Positions 19,764 to 28,646 of a stretch of DNA of 64,000 bases are shown one piece after another. Source of the stretch: Giardia intestinalis. Lineage: Eukaryota. Under the pieces are notes generated by a model. The model made no database searches and had not been told where the DNA came from. It saw only the letters and a program-made list of their open reading frames with translations. The DNA is taken from the NCBI GenBank assembly GCA_000002435.2, contig CM018790.1. The stretch is one strand, 5' to 3'. Within the stretch, counting starts at the first letter, position 1; each line of letters opens with the position of its first letter. The position numbers and the translations under genes are program-made.

Positions 19764-20553
19764 ATGAATTTTTTAGAAGGCGGATCAAAAATGTTCTCAC
19801 CACAACACATGCATGACGATAATCATTTTTATATTTTCATTTTTTAAGCAATGCAGATTGATACTGTAGATTACTGTATACCATTGAAGGTTGCTGTATG
19901 CTCTTCCATAATTGTTTAGACTGGATTATAGATGCGTTAAACGCACTAGGCAAGTAGTAGGCTCCCTTCGACTCTCAAGTAGGGGTCATTAGCAATCAGC
20001 GTCCACCCGTGATTCCTGCCCACTGGCCCCCCAAGTGTAACCACTGGCCCTGAAGCACGGATCTGCGGCCTGGCACGTTTCGGTTATCTGTGAGACGGGT
20101 TTTCGTCTGTCTATGAGCTGGGAATAATAAAGCTGTCAACGGCACGTGCTCTCAGATTAGAAGACACGCGATTGGGATTAGGAGGCATCGGCACCGGAGC
20201 CCCTGTGCAGAGAGCACAACTAAGGTGTCCACATCTCACATGACTGAGCAAACAAACTAGTAGGAACGGTGGATGGAACTAGAGCCTTTTCCTGATTGAC
20301 AGACACAAAAGGGGAGGCTGATCGATAAAGGCGTTTATGTCTGGATGTGATAGACCCATAGAGCTCAGGTTCTAGGCTGCATGCTTTGCTGTGATGTCCT
20401 TTTGCTGTGATTGCCTGCCTCGGGCCCGATCTGAGGCATCGATCCGCTAATTTGTACTAAATACACATTATTAATATTTTGTGAGAAATTACTCTTTGCT
20501 TCAAAATTAACAAAAAACACGACAAGAACCAGACATCCGTTAACAAAAAGCAA

Positions 20554-22803
20554 ATGGTTTTCGTGCTTCTCCTGGCTGCCTTCGGGGCGCTCCTTTCGGC
20601 TCCGTCGCACTCCCAGCAGCTGCACTGCCTCTACGAGTTCTACGACGCTCTCCAGGGGGATTCGTGGTGGGTCAGAAACAACTGGCCGGCTTCCACCCAG
20701 CGAACAGAGGATGAGGACTATTGCCAGTTCTACGGGATTACGTGCGATTCGTCCGGCAATGTTGAGGGGATCACGATGCCTGGGAACAATCTCTTCGGAG
20801 TCCTTCCCACGTGCATCATCAACTTCCCCTTGAAGGTGCTCTCCGTCCCGCACAATAGGTTGCGAGAGTCCATCCCATATATCAAGAACGGCATCGAGGT
20901 GCTGAACCTGGAGGATACCGAAATCATGGTTCTGGCGACTGACATGCAAGCCTGGACGACTGTCCGTGAGATGAACCTTCACAAGGGCCACTTCGGGCGG
21001 ATGCTCATTCCCAACGACTTCATCTTCTACAGCAATATGGAGAACCTCGACTTCTCTGACGCCGGGATAGGCTTCTACGCCTGGGGCCTCGACTTCACGA
21101 CCATCAGCACTCCAAAGCTCAGCCTCGCCGGCATGGATCTCTCAGAATACATCATGAGCAACGTCGCAAAAGACCAGATGAAGGCCTTGGATGTCTCCGG
21201 GACCTGGGTAAAGTACCGTATAAAGGACTTTAATAAGGACTTCCTGGACGTCTATAACATGGTTCACATGCCCTTCCAGTACACACTCATGTCCTCCATC
21301 ATTAACTTCTCAACGCTTATCGATATGTCAAGCAAGGACGTTCGCTCCATCAACATCCGCGGGACTAACACCACCGGTGTGTTTGACCCGGAGAAGTGGA
21401 TGAACTTTGTCGTGAACCAAACCAGGGATGACTTCTACATGCTCGACATGTCCTACAATGGTCTCAGTGGCTACGGGCCGACCCTGCAGCAGTACGAGAC
21501 GGTTCTCGCACTCAAGCCGAGTGCTCGCTATCTCTCGCTCGAGCTCAACTCGTTCTTCTGCGATTACAAGGAGAGCAGGATGTTCGGGTGCAGTCGCCTC
21601 CGTATTTACGACGCGTATTACCTTGCCAGCTATGAGCGCCTCATGGTCCTTGTTGACTATTCCCACTTCGCATATGCACCCCTCAGGGATCTCCAGTACC
21701 ACATGAGTGTTATCTTCCGCAATATCACGAAGTACAAGACAGAGACAGACCCGATAAAGCGTATCCAGAACATAGAGACATATAATTACATTCACGCCCG
21801 CAGCAGTGCCGGCCTTGGCTACTTCTGTGTTGACGTCACGATACCGTACGACGAGGCAGTGGCTCTTGGGCTCCTCGAGATGAACAAGACATTTGTTGGC
21901 ATTCTCTACGATGGCCATCTGATCAGCGGGCGCTCCTTCAATCTCGTTCATGAAGTAGGCCTCGACAAGGACAGTTCTGCGGTGGACGCCTCTGAGAAAC
22001 CCGGCCGCCGCTGCACAATCCCCTCTGGGTGCACTGTCGACGAAGACTATGACGAGACCAAGGACCCGGTTCCTGTCCCTGCTCTTTCGCATAAGCTGTC
22101 TACGCACGACGAGGACCATAGGAAGGATGTCGCCAAGAGGCTTATTTCTGGCGCCAAGAAGGCGGAGATGAATCTCACGTGGACATACCTTGCTCACGAG
22201 TCTGAGCAGAAGATCGCTGTTGACACCTTTGCGATGTCCAGGTGCGGAGACTTCTATGAGCGCCTTAACACAGTCATCCTGCCCCTTTTCGATAAGTATC
22301 CTGAGATCACTGAAATAGCGCAGTTCAAACACTTCAGTATGTCCGAGTACAATCCTAGGTACTCGAATGGCGGTCTTTCCAAGCACGGGTATGAGGAGGT
22401 TAAGGGTGACATTCAGCTCCTCTGCGCCCAGGAGTACGTCGATACACACACATTCTACGACATCCTCAAGTGCCTCTCGACGGAGGGCGGAAAGACCGCT
22501 CTTCCGCGCAACTTCGAGCACTGCCTGCATCAAGTTGCCTCTGGCAAGGAGCTTCTCAACAAGATAATATACTGCTCCAATGGTGAGTTCGGCAGGGCGC
22601 TTCTTGAGTATTCTTATAAACAGAAGCACAAGATGTCTGTTGCCAACTCTCCCGACATCTTTATTGGCAAGAAGATGGTGTGCCACGGGACCATGGCTTA
22701 CTGTGTGACCACCGACGCGGACTCTTTTGCCCAGCAGATTTGTCAGGCCTTTATCCGCGAGAAGAACTACACACCCGACATCTGTAATAGTATCTTGAGC
22801 TGA
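20554..22803 (+). CDS. Secreted leucine-rich-repeat protein with a cyst-wall-protein-like N-terminal cap
   Basis: It has a signal peptide (MVFVLLLAAFGALLSAPSHS). Next is an LRRNT-like cap, LHCLYEFYDALQGDSWW..NNW..YCQFYGITCDSSGNV..NNLFGVLP, closely resembling the Giardia CWP1-3 N-terminal (L..YDAT.G..W..NW..C..WYGVTCDSS..NNL.G.IP). LRRs follow, then a long C-terminal extension with scattered Cys. Total 749 aa. Confidence 0.7.
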   Translation: MVFVLLLAAFGALLSAPSHSQQLHCLYEFYDALQGDSWWVRNNWPASTQRTEDEDYCQFYGITCDSSGNVEGITMPGNNLFGVLPTCIINFPLKVLSVPHNRLRESIPYIKNGIEVLNLEDTEIMVLATDMQAWTTVREMNLHKGHFGRMLIPNDFIFYSNMENLDFSDAGIGFYAWGLDFTTISTPKLSLAGMDLSEYIMSNVAKDQMKALDVSGTWVKYRIKDFNKDFLDVYNMVHMPFQYTLMSSIINFSTLIDMSSKDVRSINIRGTNTTGVFDPEKWMNFVVNQTRDDFYMLDMSYNGLSGYGPTLQQYETVLALKPSARYLSLELNSFFCDYKESRMFGCSRLRIYDAYYLASYERLMVLVDYSHFAYAPLRDLQYHMSVIFRNITKYKTETDPIKRIQNIETYNYIHARSSAGLGYFCVDVTIPYDEAVALGLLEMNKTFVGILYDGHLISGRSFNLVHEVGLDKDSSAVDASEKPGRRCTIPSGCTVDEDYDETKDPVPVPALSHKLSTHDEDHRKDVAKRLISGAKKAEMNLTWTYLAHESEQKIAVDTFAMSRCGDFYERLNTVILPLFDKYPEITEIAQFKHFSMSEYNPRYSNGGLSKHGYEEVKGDIQLLCAQEYVDTHTFYDILKCLSTEGGKTALPRNFEHCLHQVASGKELLNKIIYCSNGEFGRALLEYSYKQKHKMSVANSPDIFIGKKMVCHGTMAYCVTTDADSFAQQICQAFIREKNYTPDICNSILS

Positions 22804-22806
22804 TTT

Positions 22807-23841
22807 ATGAGTAAAAGATCCGTTTTAATTATCCTGTGCTATGAACAGATTGAGGAATTAAAACTGATGAACGCCGTCCCCAGGGAACTGCGATCTCCAG
22901 TCACAGAGGCGATGCTCCTCCACAAGATAATTAGCAAGAAGCGCTTTTCTTTCCTCTACTCCGATAGCTACGAGACTGAGATAGAATTTCGTTTGGGGGT
23001 CTTTGAGGACTTTTTGAAGCAACGGCTTCGACCCCACAATCAACGCCTTGTAAGCGAGGCCCTTGTTCACCGGATTGTCCGCATGCAGGACTATGATATC
23101 ATGGAGGTCGCTGCTCGCCGAGAACCGCGAAATCCAATTTCTGACCCCAAGCAACTCCCTGAAAATAAGATTTACCAACGATTCAACGGAAACATCGGCG
23201 AGGAGACGTACCTGCGACTCATGAAGGCTCTTGTAGCCGCTCATGTTGCAGGAGATTCATCTTCATTTCTTGGAGCGAAGATACTCGGCATCGAGACAAA
23301 ACAGTTCCGGCAGGACTTGTATGACTATAAGGTGGGCGACGTGGTCACAGGTAACTATCGCGTGCGGACAGACGTTCTGACCGGCAAGCTTCTAGAGGAA
23401 GGATGCAAAATACAATTCGATGTGAGCAATATCCACTTTCCGCATACGTATATGTTTGATGTCCGCTTTGCAATAGCCAAAGAGTTCAGCATTGCGGCCG
23501 AAAAGAAGAATGAAATAAAGGAGTCGTCAAAGCCCAACACCTCAATAAGGAAGCGCACCTCCTTTCGGACAGAGGACTTCGTCATCGATCTCACATACGT
23601 GGAGCGCTATAACACTGTTGGGGTTCTCGAGGAAAAGCTCTACCAAGCGGAGCTGGAGGTCCTTCCCAAGACCTTTGGATCTGAGAGCTCAAAGCCTCCG
23701 GGCAGGATATTCGACGAACTCTTGGCAAACGTGAAGGCACTGATAGCTTGTGCTTCTGGTCTAACGACTCTCTATCCTCTTCCGGACAATTGGAAAGAGA
23801 TTATCGATCAATCCAATGCCCACCTCTCAAGTTCTGTGTAG
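22807..23841 (+). CDS. CYTH / Cet1-like triphosphate-tunnel metalloenzyme (probable mRNA 5'-triphosphatase)
   Basis: Motif A-like ETEIEFRLG (alternating Glu on a beta strand), then an RVRTDV basic strand, then C-terminal motif C-like AELEVLPK. The spacing resembles yeast Cet1 and protozoan RNA triphosphatases. Confidence 0.5.
   Translation: MSKRSVLIILCYEQIEELKLMNAVPRELRSPVTEAMLLHKIISKKRFSFLYSDSYETEIEFRLGVFEDFLKQRLRPHNQRLVSEALVHRIVRMQDYDIMEVAARREPRNPISDPKQLPENKIYQRFNGNIGEETYLRLMKALVAAHVAGDSSSFLGAKILGIETKQFRQDLYDYKVGDVVTGNYRVRTDVLTGKLLEEGCKIQFDVSNIHFPHTYMFDVRFAIAKEFSIAAEKKNEIKESSKPNTSIRKRTSFRTEDFVIDLTYVERYNTVGVLEEKLYQAELEVLPKTFGSESSKPPGRIFDELLANVKALIACASGLTTLYPLPDNWKEIIDQSNAHLSSSV
22810..22815 (+). 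promoter_or_regulatory. AGTAAA polyA-signal-like motif of the LRR gene, embedded in the first codons of the next gene
   Basis: Sequence tgatttATGAGTAAAag. The LRR-gene stop is at 22801-22803, the downstream ATG at 22807, and AGTAAA at 22810-22815. Confidence 0.45.
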
Positions 23842-23953
23842 CCGTCAGACGATGCCAAAAGCAAGGGCTGCAGGGCAGGCTGATAGAGTAAATAGCACGG
23901 GGACCGGTAGAGCATTTACAAAAGTCAATTCTTAGATAGAGACGGATGTCGGC

Positions 23954-24760
23954 CTACTTAAGGAGCTTCTCTAGAGTCGTCTTGATGCTGGTAAGCGTTG
24001 AGGCCTGATGGATGATGACCTTGTTGGCAATCATTGCAGGGACATTCCCACACGGATCCGTATGGACCATGAACGTCGCCTTAGTCTTGCCACTCCCGGG
24101 CGCTGTCTCCTCGAAGACAAAGAGCTGGGCATGCACAATGGCGCGGACCCACTTCTCAGCCTTTGTGGCTTCGGGGATGATCTCTGCTAGATTCGCTGGC
24201 TGCCACGAAGTGTTCGCGACGCAGAGACGACGTCTGCCATCGACCTTCTCGACTTCGCGGCAAACCCGCACGGTGATGAACTCGCGTGGAGCGACAATCG
24301 AGGACGGCGAGGCAACAACGTAATGGACCAGGGCAGTGAGGTCGTACTTCGGCTCGCCGCCTTCAACGCTGTCGTACGTCTTTGGGTCGATGTAGTCGTG
24401 GATCTTCTGGGAGTGAGCCTCATCCTCCTTCGAGGACCAGTGTGCCTTGCGAAACGGGTACTTCTCACGAGCCTCGGCCGGTGAACTCTCATCGACATCG
24501 ATGTTCCCGTAGAGGCACGCGATGCAGCTCTGGATGGGGTAGGGAATCTCGAGCTCGGCCTTGAGAGCCACCATCTTGCTGCCCTCGACCTTGGTAGTCG
24601 TCGTCGTAAGCCCCTCCTCGACCTTTGGGTCGCCCCAGGACGATGTGGTGAGGAGCTTCAGCGCATGCTCAAGGCCCTTGGAACCCACGCTCCTGATATC
24701 GGCCCAGCTGTCCTGCGGAATGGTGCCCTTGAAAAGCGGCATTTTATTTAAAGAAAGCAT
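23954..24760 (-). CDS. START/Bet v1-like (SRPBCC) lipid-binding domain protein
   Basis: 268 aa. The pattern ..W......G...... at the start and ..DPCGNVPAMIANKVI.. near the C-terminus matches the START-domain beta-grip. The ATG was verified at 24758-24760. Confidence 0.4.
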   Translation of the reverse strand: MLSLNKMPLFKGTIPQDSWADIRSVGSKGLEHALKLLTTSSWGDPKVEEGLTTTTTKVEGSKMVALKAELEIPYPIQSCIACLYGNIDVDESSPAEAREKYPFRKAHWSSKEDEAHSQKIHDYIDPKTYDSVEGGEPKYDLTALVHYVVASPSSIVAPREFITVRVCREVEKVDGRRRLCVANTSWQPANLAEIIPEATKAEKWVRAIVHAQLFVFEETAPGSGKTKATFMVHTDPCGNVPAMIANKVIIHQASTLTSIKTTLEKLLK

Positions 24761-25463
24761 GATTTACACTACACCGGGTCAAGTAGTCTCTAGACCCCGC
24801 GCTACTTCACTGCATGGACATGGGGCACCGCACGCGCATGCAGGTGGCAGGCAGAGGATGTTCCACTGCGGCCTATAATCTAGACAGGTGTGCTCGGATG
24901 ACCTAGTCCAAATCCCGCTCTCAGATAGCTCCTTATCTATGCACTAACTAAGACCTGTAGGCAGGCTATCGTATCTACAGTATACTGTACGCGGTTAAAT
25001 GCAGAGTTCTTAGGTTAACATTACCAGTCAAAGGGTTTCTTACTTTCGTTTCATTTAGAGCTCCACGCGTAATGCAAAGACGCCTGCTTCCACCAATAAA
25101 GCAGTTGCATGTTCTTCATGGAAACGCTCTAGCTACCATCTGCAGTTCGCTTGTACGTCAATTTACTCGGAACATCCGTGCTGCATCGGAACGGCGTTAC
25201 CCTCCATCAGGTATAACTCGACAGCAGACTCTGACGGATCAGTGTCCACGACACAGAGCTCAAAACCCTCAGATTTGCAAGTAATTTACACAGACCAAAC
25301 CTAACAATATTAATCCATAGACATAACATAATTACTAAGATATTGGCAAGATTGAATATTAAAAACTAAATCCTTCTTCAATAACCGTCAAGAAAAGCCT
25401 TTAAAGAAGTCAAATAAAAACATGGTGCTGACACTATGGCACCTGTCAGCCAGTGCACAAAAG

Positions 25464-28298
25464 CTAGGACACCGCTTTCATTAGGCCAACTAGGTAGTCA
25501 ATGTTCTGTGTGTGAACCTTAGTCTCCTCTAAGGTATCGTCACCAGGGGTGGGTACTATCATGGGTAATGACGCTGGCGAATCTGTAAGCAAAGGGGCAG
25601 AAACAACAGTGTCATCTCGCGCCTTGAACAGCTGGGCTATATTTGGCTGCTCAGCCTCTCTCCACTGACGCACCAACTCCGCCCCTGCCTCTGAGGACGG
25701 AAGGGTGGCCTGTTCTGAGAGTCTATTTGGCAGATCAGGTGCGTCAGCAAGATGGTCAAATAGTTGTGTTGGAAAGAGTGACCTGATGATTCCCTCTGAC
25801 CATTCATTCGAATCTATGAGTCTTTTGAAGCAGGGCTCTTTTTCTGGAGAAACTGTATTGCCAATGAGATTACTTCCAAGGGAAAGCTTTTGAAGATATC
25901 TAAGTGGGATGCATGGACGCTGTGAATCTATCAATCGAGTCAATCGAGATAGGAGGGCATGAGCATGAGCTTGCAAGTAAGGGCTAGACATGTCGTTAAC
26001 CCATGAGAGGATCTTCTCTGCATGACTCTGTATGTAGACGCATGTGATGCCCAATGAGGGAGGCTTACTGTTCACCTCTGCATCATCATTCAGGTCAGCC
26101 TGAATGCTATCTCCTCTTTGTGTCTGAAGAAGATTAATCACCTTCTCGTATGATAGCAAGGAAGCGTCCCCTTGATTTTCTATAAGTTCATTTATGGGAT
26201 ACGTCAGAAGGCCACCCAGATCTTTGCTTCCCTGAGCAGACCAATCTATAACAACTTTCTCGCCAGATAAAAATACAAGAGTTATCTCTGCACTGAACCT
26301 GGCGTATTCAGGTGTATCTAGATCTGGGTTCCTTTTGGTAGCAAAACAATCAAGAAGCTTATCCTTCTTAGTAATAAACACACCGATTCCTTCGGCTGAT
26401 GCTTTGGCCGACTCTGACATCTGTGGCAGTGGATAGTAACTTGCAAGAGTTGCCATCAGCGACGCAACATCTTCCTCTCTGTAAGCTCTAGAGTTGTGGT
26501 GTGTGGTTGCAGTACAGGTCACAGCTGACCTTCTCTTGGGCCCAGTGGGTTTGAAGTTAATGAATACGCCTGTTATGTAATTATATCCCCGAAGATCTAG
26601 ACTACCAAGTAGAGCGCCATGGGGTGTAAGTGCCCGGAGATGGAGCATTTCACTCTCAACCTTCATTATCATTGGCGTCCGCCATAGCCTCATGCTCCGG
26701 ACAGGCGCTTGCATAAGTAGGTATGGCGGTGAAAACACTATCCCAGCGACATCATTGTTTATGCCAATCACCAGCGATGCTACCTGTGCAGCGGTTAGCA
26801 GCAAGACTAGCTCCAAAGACCTTGTGACATTGACTCCGGAAAAAGTTTCCACAGTGGTATCAGTCTTATTGATACGAAGGAACGGAAGTGTTGGCTCTTG
26901 GATGGACTCATTTGGGGTTAGAGGGAGGCTATGAATAGCACGAACCGGGGCACTTTTATTTAGCGAATGCCGGAGTCTGATGAGTGGCTCAACGAGGTTC
27001 CTCTCCGAAAACACCCACAAAAAATCTGCGTCTGCAACAAGGATGTGGTTGTTTCGGCAATATTGGAGGGCAGTGAAGGAGGTTCTATCTCCAACTTCAC
27101 AGAAGCACTCCCTAGCATTAGAAAATGCAGGTTTTGGTCTCGCCTGCTTTGAGCAGTCTACGAAGCTGTTACCAAGCTTTTTAGATTTGTGCATTGCGCT
27201 GCTTGTGAGGATGTTAGCAGCTATTGGAACTGTTGAGAAGAAGAGCCTGTCTCCATAGGCAACATAAACTCTGTCTGGATAGACTCCGGAGAATAGCACT
27301 AGTGGTTCCGGTGGTAGCACTGGGATATATCCCAATGGCGTTGCTGATGACGAATAGGGCTGTATTCTCGGCAGAGCTAACTCTGCAACCATAGCGACAG
27401 TCGAGTAGTGCCCATAGCTAGGCGCGGGGTCCTTAGTTGCATCCATATCTGCGTTACGTTGGACTACTGCTGCTGCAAGCAAATTGTCACTACTGACAAA
27501 CACCCTGACGGTACCATCCCAATGTGCTACGCAAAAAGCAATCTCTCTGGAAACAGCAGGGACATCCGCCCATGCCCTGCTTATTGCCACGCGACTGATG
27601 GACCGATCCATTCGAACATAGTGTACCACGGGATAGAAGTAAACGTTGGCAGCCTGATAAAAGAGCTTAGCCACATCCTTACAGCCGTAGTGCGACAACT
27701 TTCTTTGTAGTACACACATTTCTATGTCACTAAAGATGATTACTCCATATATCTCATAGATTGTACGCACCACTAGAAGGTGCCTATCCACATGCACGCT
27801 GCAGACTACGCCTGAAAACCTAAAAGTATGTGCTGCTGCTTGGGGTGACCCTGTTTGTACAGAAACAAGGACGTGGCGATAGTTGGAGACTTCTGCCGTA
27901 AGAAACTTAGACGCAGCGTAGTAGCACTCTATATTATAGGCCTCAAATGGGTGTGCAGGATAGCATGCCGTGTTAACAGCCTCTAAATCGACTAGTTCCT
28001 TATACACAGCGGCTGATACTTTAAACGGGCAGGCTTCTATTAACGGCTTTGAAGCCAAGGCGCGTGGAGCAAAAGACCGCATTGGCATATAGACTGTGTT
28101 TTGTGCTTCTCTGCTCGAATCCATGTATGCAGCTAGCTGCGCTTCTTGAGCTATACTTCTTTGATTACTATGTAACATATGTGAGTTTCTAGCCAAAACA
28201 GGTCCCAAGTGCCCAATACCAGAGTATGTCGTCAGAGATCCCAGATAAAGTGGTTCTGGAGGAAAGGAGACATTGGGAGGATGGCTAATGTCCCCCAT
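25464..28298 (-). CDS. hypothetical 944-aa protein (beta-propeller-like N-terminal half, helical C-terminal half)
   Basis: A long ATG-initiated ORF with ordinary composition and no recognisable catalytic motif. Confidence 0.6.
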   Translation of the reverse strand: MGDISHPPNVSFPPEPLYLGSLTTYSGIGHLGPVLARNSHMLHSNQRSIAQEAQLAAYMDSSREAQNTVYMPMRSFAPRALASKPLIEACPFKVSAAVYKELVDLEAVNTACYPAHPFEAYNIECYYAASKFLTAEVSNYRHVLVSVQTGSPQAAAHTFRFSGVVCSVHVDRHLLVVRTIYEIYGVIIFSDIEMCVLQRKLSHYGCKDVAKLFYQAANVYFYPVVHYVRMDRSISRVAISRAWADVPAVSREIAFCVAHWDGTVRVFVSSDNLLAAAVVQRNADMDATKDPAPSYGHYSTVAMVAELALPRIQPYSSSATPLGYIPVLPPEPLVLFSGVYPDRVYVAYGDRLFFSTVPIAANILTSSAMHKSKKLGNSFVDCSKQARPKPAFSNARECFCEVGDRTSFTALQYCRNNHILVADADFLWVFSERNLVEPLIRLRHSLNKSAPVRAIHSLPLTPNESIQEPTLPFLRINKTDTTVETFSGVNVTRSLELVLLLTAAQVASLVIGINNDVAGIVFSPPYLLMQAPVRSMRLWRTPMIMKVESEMLHLRALTPHGALLGSLDLRGYNYITGVFINFKPTGPKRRSAVTCTATTHHNSRAYREEDVASLMATLASYYPLPQMSESAKASAEGIGVFITKKDKLLDCFATKRNPDLDTPEYARFSAEITLVFLSGEKVVIDWSAQGSKDLGGLLTYPINELIENQGDASLLSYEKVINLLQTQRGDSIQADLNDDAEVNSKPPSLGITCVYIQSHAEKILSWVNDMSSPYLQAHAHALLSRLTRLIDSQRPCIPLRYLQKLSLGSNLIGNTVSPEKEPCFKRLIDSNEWSEGIIRSLFPTQLFDHLADAPDLPNRLSEQATLPSSEAGAELVRQWREAEQPNIAQLFKARDDTVVSAPLLTDSPASLPMIVPTPGDDTLEETKVHTQNIDYLVGLMKAVS

Positions 28299-28324
28299 GG
28301 GGATTGAACTTTTTTCAAAGCAGG

Positions 28325-28645
28325 ATGGATGATCTTATGGTGTCGCTTATGAAACTGGAAACCTTGAACTCCAACTATGCACGGAGCATTGTCAAGGACT
28401 ACGCAGTAGAACACAGCCAGGACCCTATCCTGGAGCCCCCCGTCACTGAAGGTCGCTGTCAGATACCCACATGCCCTATACCCCGCCAGACAAAGCTGGA
28501 CAAAGGCACAGTCATCATAGAGGCCTTTCTACCAACAATGTACCTCAAGACTGCCCGGAAATCCATGGTTTGCCGGTTTTACCTTCAAGGCAGCTGCACC
28601 AGGATCAACTGCCCATACATCCACCCGCCGCGGCACGCAGACTGA
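28325..28645 (+). CDS. small CCCH zinc-finger protein (first ATG; the track's start at 28304 is TTG)
   Basis: The C-terminal MVCRFYLQGSCTRINCPYIHP is a C-x8-C-x4-C-x3-H finger. The TGA stop at 28643-28645 lies 1 nt before the ATG of the next gene. Confidence 0.35.
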   Translation: MDDLMVSLMKLETLNSNYARSIVKDYAVEHSQDPILEPPVTEGRCQIPTCPIPRQTKLDKGTVIIEAFLPTMYLKTARKSMVCRFYLQGSCTRINCPYIHPPRHAD

Positions 28646-28646
28646 C

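Noticed and set aside
20365-20991. 208-aa minus-strand ORF spanning the LRR gene start and upstream spacer
   Set aside because: It overlaps the verified signal-peptide start of the LRR gene in antisense, and no conserved features are present.
21328-22686. 452-aa minus-strand ORF inside the LRR protein gene
   Set aside because: It is antisense to a well-supported signal-peptide/LRR gene. It is low complexity (R/V/L/A-rich) with no start context, so a mirror ORF from codon bias.
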